Below, piece by piece: positions 30,791 through 39,966 of a DNA stretch of 64,000 bases. Each line of letters opens with the position of its first letter. The first letter of the stretch is position 1. The stretch comes from an uncultured Chloroflexia bacterium (GTDB lineage: Bacteria > Chloroflexota > Dehalococcoidia > GIF9 > AB-539-J10): NCBI GenBank assembly GCA_963769975.1, contig CAVYNS010000002.1:280769-344768 (forward strand), in the 5' to 3' direction. A model generated the notes under the pieces. It was given only the letters and a program-made list of their open reading frames with translations. It made no database searches and had not been told where the DNA came from. Made by a program: the position numbers and the translations under genes.

Positions 30791-32056
30791 TTACCTTACT
30801 GACCTGATGCGCCAAACTAGTCCCGCTGCTGCCAGCGACGACAAAGTGGCCAAGAGAAAGATACCTGAATAACCCCAGCCGGAAGGCCCCAGCCAATATA
30901 GTAAAGCACCTCCTACTAAAGGAGCCAGCGTCTGCGGCAGGGTGGAGGAGAATCCCCACACGCCCAGATCCCTCGCTACACGGTTCCTGTCCGGTAAGAC
31001 ATCTAACGCCAGGGCCCAATCCACGCTGGTGTAGGCGCCATAGCCCAGACCGAACAGCACCCCGACTACCAGGATGACCTTCCAAATCGGTGCCACGACA
31101 AAGAACAAAAAAGCGACGGCCATAGCCAGGCTCGCGAAACTGACAATGCCCTTCCTCCCAATTCGGTCCGATAGAGCACCGGCAACAAGTGCGCTGGCCA
31201 GAGAGCCTCCCAGCGCTACACTGGATATCACAAGAGTCGCACCGACGAAATTCGGAAGCCCTATCCTGTCTCTGATGAAATATGCCACAAAGGTGACCAT
31301 GGCATAGAGGGCCAACATCACCAGTGCCCTGGTTATTGAAAGCCAAAGGAAATCGGGATTTTTCAGAGACTGAATCCATGACATCCGGGAAGAGGTGTGA
31401 TGCTCCGGCGCCGGGCTATCAGGCACCTTCCACACTGTGAATGCGGCTCCAAGAAGTAACACCAGGGCAAGTATCGTGTAGAAGGGATAAGTATGCCCGG
31501 GGCTGACTAGCGCGGCAGCGACACCAAAACTGGAAACAGTACCAAGCATTGACATCAGCCCCATGTATCCGGACGCTTTGCCCCGTTGCCCTTGAGGCAC
31601 CTGGTCAGGAATATAGCCTTGATAGGCAGCGCCGCTGATATTATTCCCCAGTTGCACTAATGTAAAGGCAGCCGCCAGGAGGAAAAGTGAAGTCGTCCTG
31701 GGCATCCACAGCAATCCGGCTACATTTATCAAAGCGCCACCCAGGACGAAAGGACGTCTTCTACCCCAGCCGAGCCGGCACCGGTCGGAAAATGCCCCCG
31801 CCACAGGCTGTGCCACCATGCCGATCAGAGAACCACCACCGGCAATCAACCCCAAAGCAAGGCCCTTGCTGACTTCCGGAGAACGGCTCAACACCTCAAC
31901 AGGCAAAACGACGGCTAGCATTGCGCCCCAATGGAAGTTCAGTGAAAACCAGTAGATGCTCAGATTAAGATGGTCTCTAGTGGATAGAGTCTTTTCGGAC
32001 AGGAGCGCTTCCTCCTGCATGACAGACATGTTACTACGTGAACGATTCCTGGTCAA
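30791..32056 (-). CDS. MFS transporter (second, unrelated copy)
   Basis: 12-TM topology, the GAFSDRCRLGWGRRRP loop motif and MFS-like organisation. Confidence 0.75.
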   Translation of the reverse strand: MTRNRSRSNMSVMQEEALLSEKTLSTRDHLNLSIYWFSLNFHWGAMLAVVLPVEVLSRSPEVSKGLALGLIAGGGSLIGMVAQPVAGAFSDRCRLGWGRRRPFVLGGALINVAGLLWMPRTTSLFLLAAAFTLVQLGNNISGAAYQGYIPDQVPQGQRGKASGYMGLMSMLGTVSSFGVAAALVSPGHTYPFYTILALVLLLGAAFTVWKVPDSPAPEHHTSSRMSWIQSLKNPDFLWLSITRALVMLALYAMVTFVAYFIRDRIGLPNFVGATLVISSVALGGSLASALVAGALSDRIGRKGIVSFASLAMAVAFLFFVVAPIWKVILVVGVLFGLGYGAYTSVDWALALDVLPDRNRVARDLGVWGFSSTLPQTLAPLVGGALLYWLGPSGWGYSGIFLLATLSSLAAAGLVWRIRSVR

Positions 32057-32151
32057 TAGGGGTTACGCATTTGAGAATCTGCTACAATAGAGTAATCTCC
32101 TATTACAGCGTTGGCTTTATCTGCTCTGTGTGCTAGGTTATATGCTGTTTC

Positions 32152-33321
32152 ATGGCTCGGTGTATCTTCCATATTGATTTGGATGCCTTCTTCGTTTCTG
32201 TGGAGCAGGCACTTAACCCGGAGCTGAAGGGAAAGCCGGTAATCGTGGGCGGAGACCCTGAGCGCCGCGGCGTAGTTGCCTCTGCTTCCTATGAAGCGCG
32301 CCATTTCGGCATCCACGCCGGCATGCCGCTATCCAAAGCCCGCCGCCTTTGTCCCCAGGCAATTTTTATTAGAGCTAACTTCTCACGCTACAGAGATGCT
32401 TCATCCAGGTTTATGGAAATCCTTGCCGATTTCTCCCCTGACATCGAACCTTTAGGGCTTGACGAAGCCTATCTTGATGTCACCGGATGTGTAGAACCCT
32501 ACGGTTCTCCCCGGAAACTGGCGCTGGCGATAAAAGAAAGAATAAATAAGGAGCTCCAGATCACAGCTTCCGTGGGCATAGGTACATGCAAGGTGGTGGC
32601 CAAAATTGCCTCAACCCTGTGTAAGCCCGATGGACTGCTCGAGATAGCCCCTGGAGAGGAACAGGCTTTCCTCAATCCACTACCCATAGCCAAATTACCG
32701 GGAGTGGGCGAAAAAACAGAGCAGTCATTAAAAGAGATGGAAATAACGACAATAGGAGAATTCGCCTCGCTGCCTTTAGACACGATAACAAGACAGTTGG
32801 GAGCCACTGGAGCAGTGATTCATAGCTATGCCAAGGGGATAGATGACCGAGAAGTGGAGGCGCCGGGTGAAGCTAAATCCATCAGCCAGCAGCTCACTTT
32901 TGCCCGCGATACCTTGAACCACAACTTTCTTGAGGCTAACCTGCACAGTTTATGCCAGGAGGTCTGCCAGGAGCTGCGCAGCCAAAATAAAAAGGCAAAA
33001 TGTGTAGCGATAAGACTGAGGTATGCCGACTTTAAGACAATCACCCGCCAAATCACCTTACAAGAAGCCAGCGACGTTACCCAGGTTGTCTTTGCCACAG
33101 CCCAGCAGCTGCTGAGTAAAACTCTGGCAAAACAAGAAAAACCGATACGCCTCATAGGTATTCGAATATCAAGCCTGGTTGGCAAGGAGAAACAACTTCC
33201 GATGTTTGATTCCAGGGTTGCAAAGTTCGGGCACCTAGATCAAGCCGTAGACAAAATTCGCAAGAAATATGGCCCGACAGCGATAAAAACAGGCGACGAC
33301 GTTCTTTCTGAGAGCAATTAA
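32152..33321 (+). CDS. dinB: DNA polymerase IV (Y-family translesion polymerase)
   Basis: IFHIDLDAFFVSVEQ..KPVIVGG is the Y-family palm N-terminus. The little-finger domain follows at the C-terminus. Confidence 0.9.
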   Translation: MARCIFHIDLDAFFVSVEQALNPELKGKPVIVGGDPERRGVVASASYEARHFGIHAGMPLSKARRLCPQAIFIRANFSRYRDASSRFMEILADFSPDIEPLGLDEAYLDVTGCVEPYGSPRKLALAIKERINKELQITASVGIGTCKVVAKIASTLCKPDGLLEIAPGEEQAFLNPLPIAKLPGVGEKTEQSLKEMEITTIGEFASLPLDTITRQLGATGAVIHSYAKGIDDREVEAPGEAKSISQQLTFARDTLNHNFLEANLHSLCQEVCQELRSQNKKAKCVAIRLRYADFKTITRQITLQEASDVTQVVFATAQQLLSKTLAKQEKPIRLIGIRISSLVGKEKQLPMFDSRVAKFGHLDQAVDKIRKKYGPTAIKTGDDVLSESN

Positions 33322-33420
33322 GAGAACGGGAAATCCTAAATTCCAAGCACCAAATCCCAAACAATTCAAAAATTAAAGGTCAAAAATAAAATGACAAATC
33401 AAAACGCAAAAATGTAGTGC
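33322..33420. repeat. AT-rich intergenic repeat, family member 3, in reverse orientation
   Basis: caaaaattaaaggtcaaaaataaaatgacaaatcaaaacgcaaaaatg is the reverse complement of the ttgc.tttgtcattttatttttgacc core. Confidence 0.55.
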
Positions 33421-33580
33421 GAGGCTTTAGCCTCGTGCAAGGACAGGATTGCACGACCTTAAAAGGTCGCACTACAATCGTGTTTGGAATTTAGACAAAA
33501 AGTGGGCGGGGACGAGCCCCGCCCCTACAAATGAATGTAGTGGCGAGGTTTATCCTCGTCTGATAAATCAAAGGTTCAGG
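33412..33580 (+). ncRNA. Structured element. It contains a cloverleaf-like three-hairpin unit closed by the stem gtagtgc/gcactac (33414-33479), a GC hairpin gggcggggacgagccccgccc and a second partial gtagtggcgagg..cctcgtc unit.
   Basis: Nested perfect inverted repeats read by eye. There is no coding potential. The region lies between dinB and ilvE. Whether it is a tRNA-like relic, a MITE or a regulatory RNA is unknown. Confidence 0.35.
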
Positions 33581-33658
33581 ATGGCGGAGGGGCTTGTTTT
33601 GGGCTTACAATACGAAGTATAATTGACTACCTATCCCTATAATAGCAAGGTGAAACAT

Positions 33659-34612
33659 ATGGCAGATTATGCCTTTCTCCACAAACAATTCATGCCACTA
33701 TCCGAAGCCAAAATCGGAGTGCTGACCCACGCCCTCCACTACGGCACCGCTTGCTTCGAGGGCATCCGCGGTAACTGGGACAGCAAGGAGAAAAGATTTT
33801 GTCTTTTTAGAATCCAAGACCACTATAAGCGCATGCTTGGCGGCTGCCGCATCCTAAAAATCAATCTCCCCTACTCCGTTGATAAGCTTTGCCAATTGAC
33901 CGGGGAGCTTGTGGAAAGAAGTGGCTACCAGGAAGACGTATATATCCGTCCTCTGGCCTATAAAAGCTCCGAAACTGTGGGAGTCCGCCTTCACAACCTG
34001 GAGGATGATTTCCTTATTGTCGTGACCACACTCCCCCCTTATCTTGATACAGAAAATGGTGTCCGCAGCTGCGTCTCGTCATGGCGCCGCGTGGATGATA
34101 CCATGATTCCGCCGCGGGGCAAGATCTGCGGCATCTATGTGAACAGCGCTCTGGCTAAAACCGAGGCCTGGGAAAATGGCTTTGATGAAGCAATATTGCT
34201 AACTCATGATGGACATGTTTCCGAAGGCAGTGGTGAGAATATCTTCCTCATTTCAGGAGGAAAACTGATAACTCCTCCGTCATCCGATAACATCCTCATG
34301 GGCATCACCAGGGACACGGTCATGAAGTTAGCTAAAAACGAGTTAGGCATAGATACAATTGAGAGGCAAGTTGATAGAAGCGAACTTTATGTGGCTGAAG
34401 AATGCTTCTTCACCGGGACGGCAGCTAACATAGCGCCCATATTGGAAATCGACCATCGCCCGATAGGCACGGGCCAGATTGGCAAAATGACCGCCAAATT
34501 ACAGAAGCTCTTCGCCAAAGTGATGCTGGGCAGAAATCCCAAATACTCTGACTGGTATTATCTGGTTTCTCTTAAGACCCCGGTACACTCGAGGCGTAAC
34601 CGAATTTCTTAA
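33659..34612 (+). CDS. ilvE: Branched-chain amino acid aminotransferase (fold type IV PLP enzyme)
   Basis: LHYGTACFEGIRG and the E..GENIF motif. The ATG at 33659 follows an AAGGTG RBS. The track ORF starts at TTG 33623. Confidence 0.85.
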   Translation: MADYAFLHKQFMPLSEAKIGVLTHALHYGTACFEGIRGNWDSKEKRFCLFRIQDHYKRMLGGCRILKINLPYSVDKLCQLTGELVERSGYQEDVYIRPLAYKSSETVGVRLHNLEDDFLIVVTTLPPYLDTENGVRSCVSSWRRVDDTMIPPRGKICGIYVNSALAKTEAWENGFDEAILLTHDGHVSEGSGENIFLISGGKLITPPSSDNILMGITRDTVMKLAKNELGIDTIERQVDRSELYVAEECFFTGTAANIAPILEIDHRPIGTGQIGKMTAKLQKLFAKVMLGRNPKYSDWYYLVSLKTPVHSRRNRIS

Positions 34613-35181
34613 ACGAGAGTTATGCCGGGATCTACCCTTAGAGCTCTGAGCAGGTAGAGAAGGCGACAACTGTGCTCCAAGACCACAGTATTGTAATAGG
34701 CTTCCTCTAACAACTGGCTGGCAGCAAAAGTTCCATGCCCTCGCACTAAAACCACCCTGCACTCGCTTAGTAGCCTGGCTATCTCATCGGCAAGTTCTCC
34801 GGGCTTCCACTCCACCCCTGTACATAAGATAGGCACCTTAGACAACAAAGCCCGCCCTTCTACATCGGGGGGCACAATCTCCTTTTCCGTGAAGGACAAG
34901 GCAACAGCGTAAGGCGGATGAGCGTGAACCACTGCCAATGCCGGGGTATTCTTATAGATACAGCGATGAACCGCCAGCTCCGTTGAAGCTAAGGGCGTAG
35001 CCCGATTGTTCTTGCTTATCCCCGTCTCCACCAAATCCCCTTCCTGAATGGAGCCCAAAGCGCTGCCCCGATGGGTAATAACCAGATGCTCTCCAAGTTT
35101 AATGCTGAGATTACCTCCCTGGGGAGAAACCAATCCTTGAGTAAAGAGAGCTTGCCCTATCGTTTGGAATTGAGACAACAT
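34609..35181 (-). CDS. Class II aldolase/adducin family protein (fuculose-phosphate aldolase-like)
   Basis: The metal-binding H..H.H pattern (VVHAHPPYAVALS) of class II aldolases. Confidence 0.75.
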   Translation of the reverse strand: MLSQFQTIGQALFTQGLVSPQGGNLSIKLGEHLVITHRGSALGSIQEGDLVETGISKNNRATPLASTELAVHRCIYKNTPALAVVHAHPPYAVALSFTEKEIVPPDVEGRALLSKVPILCTGVEWKPGELADEIARLLSECRVVLVRGHGTFAASQLLEEAYYNTVVLEHSCRLLYLLRALRVDPGITLV

Positions 35182-35184
35182 CGC

Positions 35185-35306
35185 ATCAAACCAAAATCAA
35201 ATATCAAAAATCAAAATTACAATTCAAAAGTAAAAAAGGCTGAATTATTTTTTAAATTCCCCCTCGTCATTTTACATTTTTATTTTTGCCTTTTGCATTT
35301 CATAGC
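35185..35306. repeat. AT-rich intergenic repeat, family member 4
   Basis: caaaatcaaatatcaaaaatcaaaattacaattcaaaag ... cgtcattttacatttttatttttgccttttgcatttcat. Confidence 0.6.
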
Positions 35307-35945
35307 TTATGTTATACGCCTTATCACAGCCACCACCCTCCCCTGAATCTCGACGTTATCGGGAGTAGTATAAATGGGTTTCATCTTTCTATTGGCTGGC
35401 TCCAGGCGGATGCGATTTGGCTCAGCGAAAAATCTCTTAAGTGTGACCTCTTGCTCTTCTTTAAGCCAGACCGCCACCATATCGCCATTCTCAGCACTGC
35501 CCACATAGTCCATTAAAACTATGTCCCCGTCTCCTATCAAAGCATCTTGCATGGAATCGCCTTTTACTCGAAGGGCATAAATATCCTGCTTGCCGCGAAC
35601 TAACTCCTCACTGACCTCCAATCCTTCACTGGGAGCAATATTCCCTGTGTCAGGTACAGGAATAGGCTCACCAGCAGCTATTATCCCCACTATGGGAATA
35701 TGAACAAATTTCCTGCCTTTTTGCTGCGGGTGCAGGAACTTAATTCCCCGGGATATCTCACCATGGCGGCGAATATATCCGGCTTGTTCTAATTTGTTCA
35801 GGTTATAAGCTACCACCGAGGTAGAGCTTATCCCACATCCAGCAGCAATATCTCTGATAGTAGGAGGGTAACCCTTATCACTCAAAAATTCGGTGACAAA
35901 GTTGATAATTCGTTCTTGCTTTGGCGAAAGCGACTTAACAGCCAT
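35307..35945 (-). CDS. lexA: LexA repressor (S24 peptidase)
   Basis: N-terminal winged HTH and a C-terminal S24 domain with the VKGDSMQDA Ser motif and a Lys dyad. Confidence 0.9.
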   Translation of the reverse strand: MAVKSLSPKQERIINFVTEFLSDKGYPPTIRDIAAGCGISSTSVVAYNLNKLEQAGYIRRHGEISRGIKFLHPQQKGRKFVHIPIVGIIAAGEPIPVPDTGNIAPSEGLEVSEELVRGKQDIYALRVKGDSMQDALIGDGDIVLMDYVGSAENGDMVAVWLKEEQEVTLKRFFAEPNRIRLEPANRKMKPIYTTPDNVEIQGRVVAVIRRIT

Positions 35946-35959
35946 TGGTTACCAGTTGA

Positions 35960-36190
35960 CTACTTTTTATTTAGCTTCTTCACTAAGCGAGACTTAAGTC
36001 TGGCGCCTTTATTTCTATGAATAATCCCTTTACTTACTGCTTTATCTATACTACTTATAGCCAGCATTGTTTTCTGAGACGCCGATTCTTCCCGGGCATC
36101 AACTGAAATTTTCGCTTTACCCGTACATGTCTTAACACTACGGCGCACTAAGCGATTCCGTAACCGCTTCCTTTCGGCTGTCCTGGCCAT
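35960..36190 (-). CDS. rpsT: 30S ribosomal protein S20
   Basis: KRLRNRLVRRSVKT...AISSIDKAVSKGIIHRNKGARLKSRL matches the S20 pattern. The ATG at 36190 is the likely start. The track ORF extends to 36229. Confidence 0.8.
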   Translation of the reverse strand: MARTAERKRLRNRLVRRSVKTCTGKAKISVDAREESASQKTMLAISSIDKAVSKGIIHRNKGARLKSRLVKKLNKK

Positions 36191-36218
36191 TTTATTACCC
36201 TCTTTGCTACTCTCTTTA

Positions 36219-38369
36219 CTAGTTGGCACTTGTGTCCCCCTTTCTTGTTACACTTACGACGTTCCATACTGAATAAATTCTAGACATTATTTTGCTTAGC
36301 TGAGCAGCACTTTTCACCTCTAAGGTAAAATGCAGTGTGACACTATCTTCATGGTGATTGTCCATGCTTGCCTCGCTAAGGTTTACCCCTTCCTCGGCTA
36401 TAATAGCACTAATATCCCGAATAAGGCCAACTCTATCCCAAGCATCAACCTGAATCATCACGGGGTAAACCTGCGCCACATCACCCCATTCTACCTTGAT
36501 CAATCTTTCTTTCTCTTCTTCATGGATAATATTAGGGCAATCCCTCCGGTGGACAGTGATACCCCGGCCTTGAGTAATATACCCGATAATCTTATCCCCA
36601 GGCAAGGGATGACAGCAATTAGCCAAACGAGTAAGTAAGTCCCCCACGCCCAATACGTCAATACTTACAGGACTGATCTTCCGTGGAGGCAGAACTTCAA
36701 TCCCCTCTCCAGTTGGCTCCAACTCTCCGCTTAATTTAAGCATTATTTGAGAAGAACTGATGCTGCCATTGCCCAAGGCGGCAAAAAGGTCATCTGCGCT
36801 GTCATAGTCAAGCAGACGCGCTACCTTGTCAACACCAGGCAAACCGATGCCTATCCTCTTAAGCTCCTTCTCCCAAATTTGCTTACCGGTTTCAATACTT
36901 TGACTTCGTTCCTGCTTGGCAAACCATTGCCGAACTTTATTGCGCGCGTGAGAAGTCTTAACATAGCCCAGCTCGGGATTAAGCCAGTCCAGACTCGGGC
37001 CTTTATCTGCTTTGCTGGCCATAATCTCCACTACATCGCCATTCTTAAGAGCGTAGTTTAAAGGTTCCAGCCTGCCATTCACTTTCGCCCCAATACATTT
37101 ATAGCCCAAGTCCGAATGAATTCGAAAGGCGAAATCCAGAGGAGTGGCACCTCTGGGCAACTCTTTTATCTCTCCCTTAGGAGTATAGACAAACACTCGA
37201 TCTACAAGAACATCGGTCTTAATAGACTCCATAAATTCTTCACTATCAAGCTCCTCCCGCCAATCACCAAGCTGCCGCAGCCAGTCTATTTCATTTTTAA
37301 ATTGCCCACCCGCTTTCCCTTCCTTATAGAGCCAGTGAGCAGCCACCCCATATTCGTCGACCTGATGCATATCATAGGACCGAATTTGTATTTCTAGCGG
37401 TGTTGTACCCTGACACATTACCGTAGTATGCAAAGCTTGATAGCCATTATCCTTGGGATTAGCGATAAAATCGTCGAACTCTTCAGGTATAGGACGCCAA
37501 AAATTATGAATTACGCCTAATGCCTTATAACAATCGGAAACCGAGTCCACTAACAAGCGTAAGGCAAAAAGGTCATGGATATCCCCAAAATTCTTACCCT
37601 GTGCATCATACTTGCCCATCTTTTGATATATGCTGTAAATATGTTTTGGTCGGCCATAAACCTTGGCTTTTATGCCGACTTTATCTAATTCCTGGCTTAG
37701 CTTCTGACTAACCTCAGTTATAAAGCCCTCCCTCTCAACCCGCTTCCCAGCCACTAAACGGGCAATCCGATGGTATACACGTGGCTTCAGATAGCGAAAA
37801 GCCAAATCCTCTAATTGCCATTTCGCTTCCCTATAACCTAAACGGTGCGCCAGGGGAGCATATATATCCAGGGTCTCTTGAGCGATAGCACGCCGTCTCT
37901 CTACGGGTAAAGCCCCTAGCGTACGCATGTTATGTAACCTGTCCGCTAATTTGATAAGAACCACCCGTAGGTCTTCAGCGGAAGCCACGAGCATTTTGCG
38001 TAAGTTTTCCGCCTGAACTTTCGATTTTGTTTCTTCCGTTCGAGCTCGACTGGCAAGCTTGTTCAGCTTGGTAACCCCGTCAACGAGCTTAACTACTTGT
38101 AAACCAAACTTGGCCTCGATCTCATCCAATGAGACGCCACAATCCTCGGGGACATCGTGCAACAGGGCAGCAGCTAAGGTTTCGGCATCAAGGTGCAGCT
38201 CAGCCAAAATCATAGCTGTATTTACAGGATGTTCTAAATAAGGCTCTCCTGTTTTACGCACTTGCCCCTGGTGAGCTTTGGCAGCGAATTCGTAAGCTGC
38301 TTTTACTATAGCTACCTTATCATCAGGCAGATAAGTGCTAGCCTGTTTTATAAGAGCATTGGCTGCCAT
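36219..38369 (-). CDS. relA: Bifunctional (p)ppGpp synthetase/hydrolase RelA/SpoT
   Basis: HD hydrolase domain (HLDAETLAAALLHDVPED), synthetase domain, then TGS and ACT domains. Confidence 0.95.
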   Translation of the reverse strand: MAANALIKQASTYLPDDKVAIVKAAYEFAAKAHQGQVRKTGEPYLEHPVNTAMILAELHLDAETLAAALLHDVPEDCGVSLDEIEAKFGLQVVKLVDGVTKLNKLASRARTEETKSKVQAENLRKMLVASAEDLRVVLIKLADRLHNMRTLGALPVERRRAIAQETLDIYAPLAHRLGYREAKWQLEDLAFRYLKPRVYHRIARLVAGKRVEREGFITEVSQKLSQELDKVGIKAKVYGRPKHIYSIYQKMGKYDAQGKNFGDIHDLFALRLLVDSVSDCYKALGVIHNFWRPIPEEFDDFIANPKDNGYQALHTTVMCQGTTPLEIQIRSYDMHQVDEYGVAAHWLYKEGKAGGQFKNEIDWLRQLGDWREELDSEEFMESIKTDVLVDRVFVYTPKGEIKELPRGATPLDFAFRIHSDLGYKCIGAKVNGRLEPLNYALKNGDVVEIMASKADKGPSLDWLNPELGYVKTSHARNKVRQWFAKQERSQSIETGKQIWEKELKRIGIGLPGVDKVARLLDYDSADDLFAALGNGSISSSQIMLKLSGELEPTGEGIEVLPPRKISPVSIDVLGVGDLLTRLANCCHPLPGDKIIGYITQGRGITVHRRDCPNIIHEEEKERLIKVEWGDVAQVYPVMIQVDAWDRVGLIRDISAIIAEEGVNLSEASMDNHHEDSVTLHFTLEVKSAAQLSKIMSRIYSVWNVVSVTRKGDTSAN

Positions 38370-38601
38370 TTAATTCATAATACTGCAAGAGCAAAAGTAA
38401 CGCAAATTATAGCCAACCATAAATCCCGACACATCTCAGGGTAAACCCCACATGGAAATCTCTATTTCCCTCACCGGGATTGCTTCGGCTTACTTCGTCA
38501 GCCTCGCAATGACAAAGAGGACGCCCGCAACGATTTTTGTGTCACCGTCTCTTTAAATCCCTTTAATATGGTAAACTAACAGATAGAGAAGGAGGATCTC
38601 T

Positions 38602-39861
38602 GTGCATAAAGCCCCTCGAGGAACATTCGACATCCTGCCAGAAGAGCATGCCTACTGGAAATACGTAGAGGAAAAGGCTGCTTCCTTATGTCAGCTCTAT
38701 GGCTACCAACCATTGAGCACACCGGTATTCGAAGATGCTCAGATTTTCACTAAAACTGTGGCCGGAGGGACGGATATCGTCGACAAGGAAATGTATATCT
38801 TCGCAGATAAAAGTGGCCAAGAATTGGCTTTAAGGGCAGAGGGCACAGCGCCAGTTTGCCGAGCTTATCTAGAGCATGGATTCTTTAACTTACCTCAACC
38901 CGTGAAGCTTTACTACATTGGACCAGCCTTCAGGTATGAGCGCCCCCAGGCTGGGAGGTACCGCCAGCATCACCAATTCGGCTTTGAGGCTTTAGGGGAG
39001 GCCGACCCCGCCCTCGATGCTGAAGTAATTGAAATGGCCCGACAATTCTTTTATTCATTAGGGCTGTCTAGATTTACTGTCCAACTCAACAGCATTGGCT
39101 GTAAGCTTTGCCGCCCCGGGTATTTAGAAGTACTGAAGCAACATTATTCAGATTATACAGACCATCTTTGCTCTGACTGCAAAGCCCGGCTGGTCAAGAA
39201 CCCGCTGCGCCTGCTTGACTGCAAGAAACCCTCCTGCCAGGAGATAGCTAAAACCGCACCGAAAATTACCGATTATCTATGCCCTGAATGCCAACTCCAC
39301 TTCCAGAGCGTTCAGAAATATTTAAGGGCAATGAGCATCGCTTTTCACTTGAATCCTAGACTGGTCCGCGGCCTGGATTATTACACCAGGACAGTGTTCG
39401 AGGTGGAACCTCGAGATAAAGGAGGGCAAAGCACGCTTGGCGGAGGTGGCCGCTATGATAACCTCATCGAGGAATTAGGAGGAAAACCTACTCCGGCGGT
39501 GGGATTTGCAACCGGGCTGGAAAGAATAATTTTGAATTTAAAGAAACAGAAATTAGATATTCCGGCATTGCCCAAGCCTGATGCTTTCATCGCCTACTTG
39601 GAAGAAGAAGCCAAGATTGAGGCGATGAAGCTGGCCTCGGAGCTACGTAAAGCCGGTATTGCCGTTATCATGGCTACAGGTGATAAGAGCTTGAGAGGGC
39701 AGCTGAGACAGGCTAATTCGTTAGACATTGCCTACGCCCTTATCCTCGGCGAACAGGAGATCAGCCAGCGCAATGTGATGTTGCGAGACATGAGAAGCGG
39801 AGAACAGAAAACCATTCCACTAGCTGAAATAGCTGGATTTCTCAAACAGCTCAAAGTGTGA
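38602..39861 (+). CDS. hisS: Histidyl-tRNA synthetase
   Basis: Class II aaRS motifs and the HisRS signature (YIGPAFRYERPQAGRYRQHHQFG). Confidence 0.95.
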   Translation: MHKAPRGTFDILPEEHAYWKYVEEKAASLCQLYGYQPLSTPVFEDAQIFTKTVAGGTDIVDKEMYIFADKSGQELALRAEGTAPVCRAYLEHGFFNLPQPVKLYYIGPAFRYERPQAGRYRQHHQFGFEALGEADPALDAEVIEMARQFFYSLGLSRFTVQLNSIGCKLCRPGYLEVLKQHYSDYTDHLCSDCKARLVKNPLRLLDCKKPSCQEIAKTAPKITDYLCPECQLHFQSVQKYLRAMSIAFHLNPRLVRGLDYYTRTVFEVEPRDKGGQSTLGGGGRYDNLIEELGGKPTPAVGFATGLERIILNLKKQKLDIPALPKPDAFIAYLEEEAKIEAMKLASELRKAGIAVIMATGDKSLRGQLRQANSLDIAYALILGEQEISQRNVMLRDMRSGEQKTIPLAEIAGFLKQLKV

Positions 39862-39966
39862 TATAATATACTTCTAATATGCTATTGACCTCAAATAGAA
39901 GTCTAAATTGTTCCTCCATTAGTCTAACTTTGCACTTCAGCAAATGTACTCGGAAACAGATTACCC

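Noticed and set aside
32057-32151. LexA operator upstream of dinB
   Set aside because: Neither a GAAC-N4-GTTC nor a CTGT-N8-ACAG palindrome is present. It is left as an open question and not annotated.
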